DNA of 64,000 bases, taken from positions 1 through 64,000 of the IMG/VR virus record IMGVR_UViG_3300007511_001983; one strand, written 5' to 3'. A program made the translations under genes and the position numbers. Below are positions 27,721 to 38,370 of this stretch, one piece after another (the first letter of the stretch is position 1; the number at the start of each line of letters is the position of its first letter). Source of the DNA: an uncultured virus (IMG/VR IMGVR_UViG_3300007511_001983). Taxonomy: Duplodnaviria; Heunggongvirae; Uroviricota; Caudoviricetes. The notes under the pieces were generated by a model. The model searched no databases. It saw nothing but the letters and a program-made list of their open reading frames with translations, and had not been told where the DNA came from.

Positions 27721-29628
27721 ATGGCTGTCAAGATTACTGAAAAAGCTTTACGAGATTTTGTAAAGACGCTGCTTTTAGAAGCACAAAATGAAAAAGAAGC
27801 TGAAGAAAAACTAGCTTTAGACCCTGCCCTTGTTGCAGAAGTTCCTTTAGATCAACCAGATACACCACTTGAGGCAGATCCGGTAGTTTTTGATCATACA
27901 CTCGGCCCACCTGTAGCTGATCCAAGCTATGTTCCAGAAGATTCTGATGCATTAAAAATCTCAATAGAAAAAATGCTAGATGATGTACCTGAAAAATCAG
28001 TTGGTACTGCATATAAAATTGTAAAGAAAACATTAGACAATATGCATAATGTAATTCGACAAAAAGCAGAAATTACTCCTGATAATGTATTTTCACTACA
28101 TGAGGCTACTGCGGCAGAAAAACTACTCTATCTAATATCAGAAGGATTCTACGACAACGTTGGTTCAATGCACGGCGCCGACGGATCAATGAGAAAAGAT
28201 GTTGCAAAGGCTGCATCATATGATGGCGGGTATGGTGAAGTAGATAGAGATGAAGACGAAGAAGATCTCGGTACTCAAGGAGGCATAAGAAAATCGTCAA
28301 CTGATTCATTGTCCTCTGTCGGAAAATCTGGTAATTTAGCTTCAAATATTACAATGGCAGATATTCGAAAGAATGTTGAAAGAATTAAAGCAGATGCTGT
28401 AGCCGCCGGAAAAGCTAGATCCGCTCCCGCGCAAAGTGTTATTTTCGATGGTCTCGCAAAAAGAATTCAAATTGCCAAAGAATTATTCCCTGGAAAGGCA
28501 GATGATATTGATCTTGCAATCGCCCAGGGAGATGATCTAGATACAGAGCTTACATTTAATGAGCTTGAGCAAGTTCACAATATATACATGACATCTCCTG
28601 AGTCTATAGCAATTGATGCATTCTACAAGAAACCTGCAAAGCCCAGCGAGGAAAATCTTCAAGCTTTGCTGGCAAGAGAAAAAGCAATAACAGGTCGTGT
28701 AAAAGATACACTATCATCAATTGAACAAGATATGATCAAAGATAATGACGGAGAACCTGTAGAATCACAAAATGTTTGGCACAAATACCAACAGTCAGAA
28801 GACGGCCGAGAACTAAAAAGAATTGCTACCAAGCTTCATCATCACAAAAAGCGCTCTAGAGATATCGATGCAATGCCTGGAACGTTTATTCCACCGTCAG
28901 CACAAACTGACGCCTCTTTAGCAGCACAAACTGCAGACTTGTTCGATATTGAAAAAGCAATGGGAACATCAGTTTTCAGAAATGTCAAAGACGAAGGATT
29001 TATGAAGCTAATGTTCGGCCTGTCTATTGGCCCGGATGCATTTGAAGAAAAATATGTTGAATTCGTAATAGCACCCCCGGAAGATGCTAAAAAGATAAAA
29101 TCTTTTCTTAGAAAACATACAGATGTTGATGAAATAATGGCAAATCCAGAAGAGGGCGGAGTTGAAAAAGTACTAGGACAGCTAAAAGATAAGCCTTCGA
29201 GTGAGGGAAAAGACAGCTTGCTTGATCAATATTTAGAGCTAGTCTTGCGCTATCTTGCATCTGATATGGAATTCCCTGGTGCCAAGTCATCAAAATTCCA
29301 CTTCAATAAGCAGAATGGCATCGAAGCACTATCAAAAGCTGTTGAAGGTCTAATTAGGCGCAAGGACAAAGGCAGTTATATGCATCTTAAGAAAATACTT
29401 GAAGATCCCATGAATGCAAAAGCAGTCAAAGGTCATCTTGGCAAAGACTGGAGAATGGAGCCGTTCCCAGAGAGCGAAGAAACAAAAGTATCATCTGAGA
29501 TTGAAGTCGAGCCTGAAGAGGCTAAGCCGAAAATCGTACGCAAGGGCAAAACATTCAGAAGAGCAGCAAAGAACGAAAACACAATCAATCTTGATAAGCT
29601 ACTAAGAGATGTATTAGGAAACTCATGA
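27721..29628 (+). CDS. Large hypothetical protein with leader (possible virion protein)
   Basis: MAVKITEKALRDFVKTLLLEA; ATATTTAT upstream. Confidence 0.55.
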   Translation: MAVKITEKALRDFVKTLLLEAQNEKEAEEKLALDPALVAEVPLDQPDTPLEADPVVFDHTLGPPVADPSYVPEDSDALKISIEKMLDDVPEKSVGTAYKIVKKTLDNMHNVIRQKAEITPDNVFSLHEATAAEKLLYLISEGFYDNVGSMHGADGSMRKDVAKAASYDGGYGEVDRDEDEEDLGTQGGIRKSSTDSLSSVGKSGNLASNITMADIRKNVERIKADAVAAGKARSAPAQSVIFDGLAKRIQIAKELFPGKADDIDLAIAQGDDLDTELTFNELEQVHNIYMTSPESIAIDAFYKKPAKPSEENLQALLAREKAITGRVKDTLSSIEQDMIKDNDGEPVESQNVWHKYQQSEDGRELKRIATKLHHHKKRSRDIDAMPGTFIPPSAQTDASLAAQTADLFDIEKAMGTSVFRNVKDEGFMKLMFGLSIGPDAFEEKYVEFVIAPPEDAKKIKSFLRKHTDVDEIMANPEEGGVEKVLGQLKDKPSSEGKDSLLDQYLELVLRYLASDMEFPGAKSSKFHFNKQNGIEALSKAVEGLIRRKDKGSYMHLKKILEDPMNAKAVKGHLGKDWRMEPFPESEETKVSSEIEVEPEEAKPKIVRKGKTFRRAAKNENTINLDKLLRDVLGNS

Positions 29629-30020
29629 GTAAAGATTTTTTTAAAAATCTAAGCAAAGATCTCCAGAAAAGTCATCTGGTAAAAAAGCCCTATACTTCTC
29701 GATTGTTAAGAGAAGTCTGTGTTAGTAAAAAATCAGCTGTGACAAAAGAATCCAATGAGTGGGAAATCTTAGAAAGCCCAAGAAGACTATCAAAGATCTA
29801 TAGCTTTAATAAAAGTACTCATGTAAAAGAGTTTATAAGCGAGATGATTGACTATCATTCTCGATATAAGCATGAAGGGGATATTCAAATTAATCAAAAT
29901 AAAGTTTTGGTTGAAGTTCATACAAAAGATTTAAACAATTTAACAGAACTAGACTATGAATATTCTAGAATGGCAGATTTGATTTACAAAGATATCGGAC
30001 ACTATAATGATGAACTCTAA
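29625..30020 (+). CDS. Pterin-4a-carbinolamine dehydratase-like protein
   Basis: W...LSKIYSF...F...H..DI...V.V.VHT...LTELD. Confidence 0.6.
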   Translation: MSKDFFKNLSKDLQKSHLVKKPYTSRLLREVCVSKKSAVTKESNEWEILESPRRLSKIYSFNKSTHVKEFISEMIDYHSRYKHEGDIQINQNKVLVEVHTKDLNNLTELDYEYSRMADLIYKDIGHYNDEL

Positions 30021-30378
30021 TGAAGAAAGATTTTTTGCATCAGAAAGTCTTGCAGGTATATTGTCACCCAATCTTTTAGAAGAACCAAAGACTCCCACAG
30101 GAAACTTTTCTTTAATAGTAAAAGACGAAAATTATAGTTTACAAACATACTCTGAAAACGGATCAAATATTTCAATAACTTTTGTATGTAATGATAACAT
30201 GCTATTCAATATTCTTGCGCTTGATAACAAAGAAATAAGTTTGCAATGTGGCGACAATAAATTATCTAGAGATTTAGCAGGATACGAAACAAGCTGGAAT
30301 ATAATTAAAGTAGATAATGAAACTTATGAAGTAAGTTTAGCATTCACAAAAAATCAGACGGGTTTAATAAATGGCTAA
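30007..30378 (+). CDS. Hypothetical protein
   Basis: Operon ORF. Confidence 0.5.
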   Translation: MMNSNEERFFASESLAGILSPNLLEEPKTPTGNFSLIVKDENYSLQTYSENGSNISITFVCNDNMLFNILALDNKEISLQCGDNKLSRDLAGYETSWNIIKVDNETYEVSLAFTKNQTGLING

Positions 30379-30592
30379 TAAAAATTCAAAAACTAAAACA
30401 GGCATTAAGAAGAAAAATGACGAGACGGCCTCGAGTCCGTTTGATAAATTTATCGACGACCAGATTAAAAGAGAACAAAAAAATACCCAACGACATGAAT
30501 CAATTGCTGATAAGGGAGAAACACCACAGCAAAGATTTAATAAGCGTTATCGTGAGACAGCAGCAAACAGAACTGTCTGGAGTAAAAAATGA
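30371..30592 (+). CDS. Basic hypothetical protein
   Basis: Overlapping operon ORF. Confidence 0.5.
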   Translation: MANKNSKTKTGIKKKNDETASSPFDKFIDDQIKREQKNTQRHESIADKGETPQQRFNKRYRETAANRTVWSKK

Positions 30593-31209
30593 GAAAAACA
30601 ATTACTACAAGCAAGCAACTAAAAGACTTTCTTTCAAATATCATTAGCAACAGTATTGTAATTGCAAAAGATGAATTAGATAAAATAAATGAAAACTCAT
30701 TTACCAGCCTTTTAGAGCAAGAATCAGCAGGACCTGAGGAAGAGCCAGAAGAGACTGAAGAAGTCGAGGAAGAGGTTGAGGAAGAGGCTGAGGAAGAAAA
30801 AAATCCGATGAAAAGAAAGCCAAAGGCTGACCTCGACAGACCAAAAGCAGGATCAGAGGTTCGACTCACGCACATTTTGTCAGCTGTTAATCAAATTAGA
30901 AGTGGCCGATCTTTAAAAGACCCAGATGTAAGAGAAGAACTTAAAGTATACTTTGACGGTCTAGATAACCCAGAAAGAATTGCTCTATCTGAGTTTTTAG
31001 ACGGCCTAACAGACGTTATTGTAAAAGGCGTGCCAGGAGACGAGGCAGAAGTGCCAAGTGAAGAAGTAAAAATGAAAGAACCTGAATCTTCAAAGGAAGA
31101 TAAAGACAATAAAATTGACGACGCATCCAAGAGTGAAAAACCCAAAGATGAAGAAAAGTCAGCTGCCCCGGCAGAAGACCTAACCCCACCCATTCAAGTA
31201 CGGAGATAA
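30589..31209 (+). CDS. Acidic hypothetical protein with leader
   Basis: KQLKDFLSNII...LLEQ; NQIRSGRSLKD. Confidence 0.55.
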   Translation: MRKTITTSKQLKDFLSNIISNSIVIAKDELDKINENSFTSLLEQESAGPEEEPEETEEVEEEVEEEAEEEKNPMKRKPKADLDRPKAGSEVRLTHILSAVNQIRSGRSLKDPDVREELKVYFDGLDNPERIALSEFLDGLTDVIVKGVPGDEAEVPSEEVKMKEPESSKEDKDNKIDDASKSEKPKDEEKSAAPAEDLTPPIQVRR

Positions 31210-31213
31210 TGAA

Positions 31214-31411
31214 TTGCAAATTACAACAATCGAATTAGGCGACGGAAACGTTTTAGAAGTCCAGCACACCCCGGGATTTATCCGCGAGGTATCAAAGTGG
31301 TCTGGGACATCTGCTGAAGAAGTTCAGCCTAATGATATTAAAGCATTCATTAGATCGTCATTTAAAATTGCCTTAGACACCGGCACACTGGAAAAAATAG
31401 AAGCAGTTTAA
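31214..31411 (+). CDS. Hypothetical protein
   Basis: Operon ORF. Confidence 0.45.
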   Translation: MQITTIELGDGNVLEVQHTPGFIREVSKWSGTSAEEVQPNDIKAFIRSSFKIALDTGTLEKIEAV

Positions 31412-31412
31412 T

Positions 31413-31700
31413 ATGGGCAAAGATCTACTCAGAGACATAATTCGAGAGGAGCTTAACTCTCTAGTTGAAGCCAAGATGCCCACCACAAGAGAGGGTAGTA
31501 AGGTTGTGTACGCCTCTGAGGATCATATCATGTCCCTTGAAGAAGATCTCCGGGAGCTTGTTTCAATTCGCGACCGTTCAACACGACGATCTACTGGTCG
31601 CTGGGCGTTGTCACGCGCCGTTGAAAGAGTTCGCACCGAGCTCAAAAGAGCAAAAAGGATCAAGGCAAAACAGGATCTATTGCTAGCCCAAGAAGACTAA
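31413..31700 (+). CDS. Hypothetical protein with LRDIIREEL leader
   Basis: DLLRDIIREELNSLVEA. Confidence 0.6.
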   Translation: MGKDLLRDIIREELNSLVEAKMPTTREGSKVVYASEDHIMSLEEDLRELVSIRDRSTRRSTGRWALSRAVERVRTELKRAKRIKAKQDLLLAQED

Positions 31701-31717
31701 AAATTATTTACAATCGT

Positions 31718-31746
31718 GTGTAAACTCCCTATAGATAGTGTATTAT
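31718..31746 (+). promoter_or_regulatory. sigma70-like promoter GTGTAA-17-TATTAT
   Basis: Recurring motif; SD AAGGAGG follows. Confidence 0.6.
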
Positions 31747-31769
31747 ATCTATGTTAAGGAGGTTCCCAT

Positions 31770-32114
31770 ATGACAAATAATAACTGGGTCCCAGAGATCA
31801 TGTACGAGGAAGGTTCCGAAGGAGCCAGCAATATCCCGTTTATTCAAGTTCCCGAGGACGAGGAGATGCCAAAGCTTCTCTTTATGTTCGAGAGCAGGAA
31901 TACCGGTGAGCTCGAGCCGGGCCCTGAAGGTGAAGAGATGCCTGTTTTTGAATGGGATCTACACCAATATGCAGATATGGCAATTCTTAAGGAGGCACTC
32001 CGACCAGAGTTGTTTGATGAAGTTCGTGTATCTCTAGGGTTGCAGCCGATGGCCGAGGCAGTTGAAGCTGGCCAAAAGATTTCCCAAAACGTTCGAACCA
32101 CGCTGGAAGATTAA
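31770..32114 (+). CDS. Hypothetical protein
   Basis: Strong SD AAGGAGG. Confidence 0.6.
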   Translation: MTNNNWVPEIMYEEGSEGASNIPFIQVPEDEEMPKLLFMFESRNTGELEPGPEGEEMPVFEWDLHQYADMAILKEALRPELFDEVRVSLGLQPMAEAVEAGQKISQNVRTTLED

Positions 32115-32935
32115 TGGAATATATCACTAAAGATGATATTCAATCTACACTTGTCAATATGCAAGAGTTTTATCAAGAGCTTAAAAATGTTTTTTTAAAA
32201 AGCAGAATGAACATTGAAGACAACCTCGGTCGAAGAAACATTCTTATGTCAATGGTTCAAGAAGAGTTTCTTGCTCGAACTCTTGATAAGCGCTATAATA
32301 AAGTTACTGCTGATGGCGCTCCCGGAAAAGCGGACATTGTAATCGAGGATCTAGATAAAGAGATCGAATGCAAGCTTACAACAATTACAAAGTCAGGTTC
32401 AATCAGTTTGCAGTCAGACTATGCTACACTTAAGCAAAAGGGATCGCTTGACTATATCTACTTTATTGCATCACCTGATTTTGAAAGCTTCTCTGTAATC
32501 TATTTTGACGGGCTAACAGTTGATGACTTTAGAAGTCTCTCTCCTGGCGCCAGAGGAAAAGTTGCCATGAAAAAGCATGAAGGCATGAAGAAGGCAAAGA
32601 TTCTATTTGGAAATGTTAAAAATAATAATGAGTCTGAAATTGAAAAGATTGATTCTCTTTTTGATGATGAAGCAAATCGACACAGAAAAAACATGAAAAG
32701 AATCAATGAGCTTAAGTGCAATCTATCATCACGTCTTGAGTCAAAAACAAACACTGGAGGAAGAGAGATTTCTGAGAAGGTTATTAGATCAACTGAGGCC
32801 AATCTAAAGAAAATTTTTGATCGCCAAGAAAGAGAAGTGGAAAGACATAGAAAGAAGATTTCTGTGCTAATGAATCGCAAATCTTATTGGTTGAGTCATC
32901 CAGGAAAATATTCTTTTCTGTTAGAAAAAGTATAA
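32114..32935 (+). CDS. PD-(D/E)xK restriction-endonuclease-like protein with coiled coil
   Basis: PGKADIVI...EIECKLT. Confidence 0.5.
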   Translation: MEYITKDDIQSTLVNMQEFYQELKNVFLKSRMNIEDNLGRRNILMSMVQEEFLARTLDKRYNKVTADGAPGKADIVIEDLDKEIECKLTTITKSGSISLQSDYATLKQKGSLDYIYFIASPDFESFSVIYFDGLTVDDFRSLSPGARGKVAMKKHEGMKKAKILFGNVKNNNESEIEKIDSLFDDEANRHRKNMKRINELKCNLSSRLESKTNTGGREISEKVIRSTEANLKKIFDRQEREVERHRKKISVLMNRKSYWLSHPGKYSFLLEKV

Positions 32936-32992
32936 CAATCTAATTCTACATAATAATTAGAATAGAGCGCCATTTTGCGCAAGGAGAAAATC

Positions 32993-33517
32993 ATGGATTT
33001 TAATGCAAAACGTTTATCATTGTTAGCAGGAATCGGAAACCCTGAAGATCGTCACGATATCGTGCAAGAACAAGCTCAGCAGCTTAATGAGTCAATTGAG
33101 GCTCGAAAAGTAGATGAGTCAGAGAGTGATGTTCGAATTGCAGTTCGTAGAACTATTCAAAAGATGATTGCTGAGGGCTCATTGTCGCCTAAGCAGCAAA
33201 AATCTTTAGATAGATTTGAGGATGCACTTCTTAAGGGAGCCGACGCAGAAGAAGATTCTGAAACAGGTGAGATTAAGATAAAGTTTGCTGCTGATGAAAA
33301 AGAAAAAGCCAATGAGTCTGATGATCCAGAAGAGCTTATTGATGCTGATCAAGAATTAGAAGCAGATGAAGAGGCCATCAAAGAAGTGGATGAATCTGAC
33401 GACGAAGCTGTAATCAGTGAAATGGAAGATGGTTCGCTTACTTTAGAAATGGGTGGCAAGACATACTCACTTAAAGAAATTCTTGCAGAAGTCGAAGACG
33501 ACGTAGAAGAGATTTAA
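32993..33517 (+). CDS. Acidic hypothetical protein with RLxxLAGI motif
   Basis: KRLSLLAGI, LNES; SD AAGGAG. Confidence 0.55.
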   Translation: MDFNAKRLSLLAGIGNPEDRHDIVQEQAQQLNESIEARKVDESESDVRIAVRRTIQKMIAEGSLSPKQQKSLDRFEDALLKGADAEEDSETGEIKIKFAADEKEKANESDDPEELIDADQELEADEEAIKEVDESDDEAVISEMEDGSLTLEMGGKTYSLKEILAEVEDDVEEI

Positions 33518-33544
33518 TAGTTAGTTTTTTAGTAAACAATCTGT

Positions 33545-33772
33545 GTGCTTATAGTATTATATGCCTATGGAGATTTACTAATGAAATTACACCCAAGTGC
33601 AGTTAAGCGTCTATTGAAAATGTATGATAATTTTGGCGGCTTTCGAGAAGAAACTAAGCTAAAGCAGGCTCTCGAGGCGCTAGATTTGTCATCATATTTA
33701 CAGCAAGCTCCCCCTAATGACGAGGTTTTAGTTTGCACAGATGAATTACAAGAGGCACTAAGGAACCTATAG
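33545..33772 (+). CDS. Hypothetical protein
   Basis: Likely start at the internal ATG 33581 with SD GGAG. Confidence 0.45.
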   Translation: MLIVLYAYGDLLMKLHPSAVKRLLKMYDNFGGFREETKLKQALEALDLSSYLQQAPPNDEVLVCTDELQEALRNL

Positions 33773-33773
33773 C

Positions 33774-34193
33774 ATGTCGTCATATGACGTCGGGCAAGTA
33801 GTCTATGTTGTATCTTATAAAAAGATGCAAGTTTTGCCCGTAGTAATATCAGAAGAAGTAATAAGAAATACGCTTGACGGAAAAAAAGTAACGTATCTTA
33901 TTAAGCGAGATCAAACTAGTAAAGTGTATAATCTTTCTGAGATTGATGGTAATATCTATAATAATATTGCTGAAGTAAAAAATGCATTAATAAAAAATGC
34001 TACTCATGCAATTAACGAAATTTGCAATATTGCTAAAAAATCATCTGAAGCTTTTGTTATTCCGACCGATTTAAAGCCTAGCGCACCAAAAGAAAGTCAA
34101 AATAAATCTCTTAATATTCCTACTGATGACGATATTAAAAGTTTTGTTTTAGATAATGGAACACGTGTAAATGTGAATATGGGAGATATTTAG
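33774..34193 (+). CDS. Hypothetical protein (KOW-like start)
   Basis: YDVGQVVYV. Confidence 0.5.
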   Translation: MSSYDVGQVVYVVSYKKMQVLPVVISEEVIRNTLDGKKVTYLIKRDQTSKVYNLSEIDGNIYNNIAEVKNALIKNATHAINEICNIAKKSSEAFVIPTDLKPSAPKESQNKSLNIPTDDDIKSFVLDNGTRVNVNMGDI

Positions 34194-34211
34194 TTTCAAA
34201 AGGAGAATCTT

Positions 34212-36830
34212 GTGGAACTTGATAAATTTACCCATATAGCTGCTGATATCATAATGTCAGCAATCAATACAGCAAAATCTAGTAAGCACGCACCAACGCC
34301 AGAATATTTACTGGCTGCGATGTTAGTAGCAAATGATAGCCCAGTCCCTTCTATGATGATAAGTCACAAGGTAGACAAAGATAGGGTTTATAAAGAAACG
34401 CAAGATCACCTTTCATCAATGGGCGTAGTAATAGACAGTGATCAAGATAGTAAAAATAATGTAATAAATGTGCATCCAAGATTTGTCGCATTGCTTGAAA
34501 GGGCTAAAAAGTCAGCACTAGATTCAGGGGATTCTTATATTGATACGATGACTGTGTTTAAGCAGTTCTATACAGAGGGAACGGGAAACAAAGCACTAGA
34601 AATTCTAAATTCAAATGGAATGACAATAGAAAAAGCAGTTGCTGCATATAAAAAAAATAGAGGCAACAAAAAGGTCGATACAAGAAAAGAAAGACAAAGT
34701 TCTCGGGCACTTAAAAAATATTGTTCTGACATGATTAAGTCGGCATCTGAGGGAGAGTTTGCCCCAGTCATTGGTAGAGAGTTTGAGACAAGAAGAGTTG
34801 TCCAAATTCTATGTAGAAAAACCAAAAACAATCCTGTTATTATCGGAGAATCCGGTGTAGGAAAAACAGCAATCGTTGAAGGTCTTGCACAAAGAATTCA
34901 TCGAGGCGAAGTACCAGATTTTTTAAAAGATGCAGAACTATATGAGCTAAAGATCTCGTCACTTATGGGCGGTGCCTCAGTTCGTGGAGCGCTAGAAGAA
35001 CGTGTTACAAAACTAATGGATGCAATTGCAGATTCTGAAAAGAACATTATTTTATTTATTGATGAGATTCACACCATCGGCACGTCAGTTGGAGGCGGAA
35101 GCGATACAACACTATCTAATCTTTTCAAGCCGGCTCTTAGTCGAAATAAAATTCGAATCATTGGAGCAACAACACTTGATGAATATAGAAAGTTCATTGA
35201 GACTGACAAGGCCTTAGAGCGAAGACTTCAATCTATCTTTGTAGAACCACCCTCAGTCAGAGAGTCAGTTGCTATTCTTCGAGGCCTCCGCGATACGTAT
35301 GAGGCATTTCACGGACTCAAAATTAAAGATGCATCACTTGTGACCGCCGCGGAGCTATCTGAGCGCTATATCACATTTAGAAACCTGCCCGACAAAGCAA
35401 TCGATCTTATTGATGAAGCACTTGCCAGAGTAAGATCTGAAAATGAAATGACGCCATCTGAGATGTCAGACTTGGCACAAAAGCTTTTGCTTCTTAAGAT
35501 TGAAATTAACTCACTTAAAAAAGAAGATGATGAAGATTCTAAGAAAGAGCTCGAGGAGCTTCAAAAAGAAAAAGCAAATACGCAAGAGCGGTATGACACC
35601 ATCGAAAGAAAGTTCAATACCGAAAAGGGTGTTGTAGAGAACTATCGAAAGGCCCGAGCAGCCAAGCTTAAGGTTGAGGCAAAGATGGCAGACGGAAGAG
35701 CTGGGGGTGAACACATGAATGACGTTTACAAACTCCAGACTGTTGACCTGCCCGAAGTTGAAAAGAATCTCGAGCAGGCGCAAAATGCATTCCAGCAGCT
35801 TCGACAAAACGGCGAGCTGCTAATCAAAGATGAGATTACTCCGATAGAGATCGCACAAGTCATATCAGATTGGGTAGGAATTCCTGCAGAGAGTCTATCA
35901 AAATCAGATCGAGAAAAACTAAATACGCTGCACGAAGATATCTCAAAACTAGTATATGGTCAAGAGGTAGCAACCAACGCAGTATGCAATGCAATAATCA
36001 GATCTCGTGCCGGGCTATCAGATGAGTCACGCCCAATCGGGTCGTTCTTATTCTTGGGCCCGTCAGGCGTAGGAAAGACGTGGCTAGCTAAGTCGCTGGC
36101 TAAACTAATGTTCGATGATTTTGAGCATGTAATCAGAATTGATATGTCAGAGTTCGGTGACAAACATACAGTATCTCGCCTAGTCGGAGCCCCTCCAGGA
36201 TACATTGGCTTTGAGCAAGGTGGGCAACTCACAGAAGCAGTAAGAAGAAGACCGTATTCTATCGTATTGCTTGATGAGATCGAAAAAGCCCACCCAGAAG
36301 TATTTGATATCTTGCTGCAGGTTCTTGACGACGGCCGGCTCACAGATGGCCAAGGTCGAGTGGTTAATTTTAAGAATACCATTATTATCATGACATCAAA
36401 TATCGGATCACACTTGCTTTTAAAATCCTTGCAAGAAACTGGTGAAGTATCAGACGATGTAAGAAATCAGGTTCTAGAACTATTGAAATCTAAATATCGC
36501 CCGGAGATCTTAAACAGAATTGATGAGATTGTTACGTTTGATCCGCTTGGAAAAGACTTGCTCAAAAAGATCGCAAATACATGTCTTGAAGAAGTTAAAC
36601 ATCGATTATCTAAAAAGAAGATTGACATAGAATGGTCGGATAGTTTGATATCGTATATTATGGAACAAGAGTATGATCCAGTTCAAGGCGCAAGAGGAAT
36701 GAAGTCTTACGTAAAGAAAAATGTAGAAACTCACATCGCATCAGCAATCGTTAAACACCATGATATAACTAAATTCAAGATTGATGTTGTTGAAAATCAA
36801 GTGAAAATTCAACCCGTAGAGGATATTTAA
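34212..36830 (+). CDS. clpB: ClpB-family AAA+ disaggregase
   Basis: KNNPVIIGESGVGKT, FIDEIH, coiled-coil M-domain, GPSGVGKT, RIDMSE, GAPPGYIG, LLDEIEKAH. Confidence 0.93.
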   Translation: MELDKFTHIAADIIMSAINTAKSSKHAPTPEYLLAAMLVANDSPVPSMMISHKVDKDRVYKETQDHLSSMGVVIDSDQDSKNNVINVHPRFVALLERAKKSALDSGDSYIDTMTVFKQFYTEGTGNKALEILNSNGMTIEKAVAAYKKNRGNKKVDTRKERQSSRALKKYCSDMIKSASEGEFAPVIGREFETRRVVQILCRKTKNNPVIIGESGVGKTAIVEGLAQRIHRGEVPDFLKDAELYELKISSLMGGASVRGALEERVTKLMDAIADSEKNIILFIDEIHTIGTSVGGGSDTTLSNLFKPALSRNKIRIIGATTLDEYRKFIETDKALERRLQSIFVEPPSVRESVAILRGLRDTYEAFHGLKIKDASLVTAAELSERYITFRNLPDKAIDLIDEALARVRSENEMTPSEMSDLAQKLLLLKIEINSLKKEDDEDSKKELEELQKEKANTQERYDTIERKFNTEKGVVENYRKARAAKLKVEAKMADGRAGGEHMNDVYKLQTVDLPEVEKNLEQAQNAFQQLRQNGELLIKDEITPIEIAQVISDWVGIPAESLSKSDREKLNTLHEDISKLVYGQEVATNAVCNAIIRSRAGLSDESRPIGSFLFLGPSGVGKTWLAKSLAKLMFDDFEHVIRIDMSEFGDKHTVSRLVGAPPGYIGFEQGGQLTEAVRRRPYSIVLLDEIEKAHPEVFDILLQVLDDGRLTDGQGRVVNFKNTIIIMTSNIGSHLLLKSLQETGEVSDDVRNQVLELLKSKYRPEILNRIDEIVTFDPLGKDLLKKIANTCLEEVKHRLSKKKIDIEWSDSLISYIMEQEYDPVQGARGMKSYVKKNVETHIASAIVKHHDITKFKIDVVENQVKIQPVEDI

Positions 36831-36834
36831 TAAT

Positions 36835-37173
36835 ATGGCAAGCTCAAAAAGTATATTAAGTGAACAAAAGTTTGATCGAGAGAGGTCAGATCTAATTCGC
36901 CCAATTGAGGCGCATTACCTCCTCGCGTATCCAAAAGGTGAGTTGCTTAATAATATTCTCACACGTGTACGAGTCCTCTCTGGCGTTGCGACAGTATACC
37001 AGCGTGATACAATTAAAAAGAAGACCGGAAGAAACTACGTTCCAATTGAAATTGGATTTGTAATGCCACCAGGCTACGGCGGCCGAGAAAAGTTTGAATC
37101 TGATTTAATAGAGTCTATTCGAAAGATAAAAGGAATCGGCTCTCTTTCGAAGATAAGAAAACAAACAAAATAA
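36835..37173 (+). CDS. Hypothetical protein
   Basis: ORF; ATATTTAA upstream. Confidence 0.5.
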   Translation: MASSKSILSEQKFDRERSDLIRPIEAHYLLAYPKGELLNNILTRVRVLSGVATVYQRDTIKKKTGRNYVPIEIGFVMPPGYGGREKFESDLIESIRKIKGIGSLSKIRKQTK

Positions 37174-37202
37174 GTGTAAACTCTAAAGCCGTGTGATAGA
37201 AT
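37174..37202 (+). promoter_or_regulatory. sigma70-like promoter GTGTAA-17-TAGAAT
   Basis: Recurring motif with TGn extension. Confidence 0.6.
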
Positions 37203-37218
37203 CTTGTCAGGAGATAAG

Positions 37219-38040
37219 ATGCGAATCACTATTTTAGATGGCTATAATTTACTTCACCGAGCTAGATCTGGGTTTATGAAGGGCGAACATGCAGTAACGT
37301 TCATGTTTTTTAGGTCTTTGCGGCCAATTATTGAAAAGCTTTCTCCTGATAAGGTATACTTTGTTCTCGAGGGAACTCCCAAAAAGAGAATTGAGCTTGA
37401 TGAAAATTATAAGGCTAATCGACGTATTGATGAGTCGGACCCTAAATACGAATCACTAATGTCATTCCTCAAACAAAAGGATGAGTGTATTGATCTTCTT
37501 GCAGAAGCATTTCCTTTTACTTTGGCAAGGCACCCCGATTTTGAAGCAGATGATATTATTGCACATTATGCTCGCAAGCATGCGAAAGATGATGTAACAA
37601 TCGTCTCAGGAGATTCAGACTTTATCCAGCTCCTAACCAATGACAACCCGCAGATCAAAATCTACCACCCAATTAAAAAAGAATATATTGAACCGCCCGA
37701 TTACAACTACCTTCACTGGAAGGCTATCCGAGGCGACGCAACCGATAACATTCCCGGAATTCCGCGTCACGGTGACAAGACTGCCGAAAAAATTGTAAGA
37801 GATGCATTTCTTCTGGGCAAGAAAATGGCAGACCCGGAATGGAAAGAGATCTTTCTCAGAAATTTGAGACTCATTAGAATCGATCCACTCACACAAAAAG
37901 AGGCGTCAGAAATTCTAACCAAAGAGGCAGGATTTAATTTGGACACTGCAAAGGAACAATTTAAAAACTGGGAATTTAGCTTTGCTACAAAAGAATCGAC
38001 GTGGGAAAAATATGTCAAGACTTTTAGCGTCTTGAAATAA
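37219..38040 (+). CDS. 5'-3' exonuclease / flap endonuclease (PolA N-term / T4 RNase H-like)
   Basis: LDGYNL, YKANR, EADD, SGDSD, GDATDNIPGI..HGDKTA. Confidence 0.92.
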   Translation: MRITILDGYNLLHRARSGFMKGEHAVTFMFFRSLRPIIEKLSPDKVYFVLEGTPKKRIELDENYKANRRIDESDPKYESLMSFLKQKDECIDLLAEAFPFTLARHPDFEADDIIAHYARKHAKDDVTIVSGDSDFIQLLTNDNPQIKIYHPIKKEYIEPPDYNYLHWKAIRGDATDNIPGIPRHGDKTAEKIVRDAFLLGKKMADPEWKEIFLRNLRLIRIDPLTQKEASEILTKEAGFNLDTAKEQFKNWEFSFATKESTWEKYVKTFSVLK

Positions 38041-38092
38041 ACATTTAACAAAGCACAGAGTAAATAATGTCTATACTTAAACTACAAGGAAG

Positions 38093-38356
38093 ATGGAAGT
38101 ATTGAAAAAGTTATTTAAAATTGTAACCAAAATAGTAAAAACAGGCAATGATACACAAGAAGTCAAAGTCCATATTTGTAAAATGGGTTGCGGGTATAGC
38201 GCAATGAAAGTTGATGAAAATTGGAAGAATTGTCCAGGATGCTCGTATAAGGAAAAGATTGATGAGCAAATTCTACGCCAGGGAACACTTCGAACTAAGT
38301 CCGGCGCGCCCAAGAGAAAAGGCGGAAATTTCCGCGAAGTAAACAAAGAAGACTAA
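38093..38356 (+). CDS. Small zinc-ribbon protein
   Basis: CKMGC...CPGC. Confidence 0.45.
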   Translation: MEVLKKLFKIVTKIVKTGNDTQEVKVHICKMGCGYSAMKVDENWKNCPGCSYKEKIDEQILRQGTLRTKSGAPKRKGGNFREVNKED

Positions 38357-38370
38357 GACGGAGTATTACA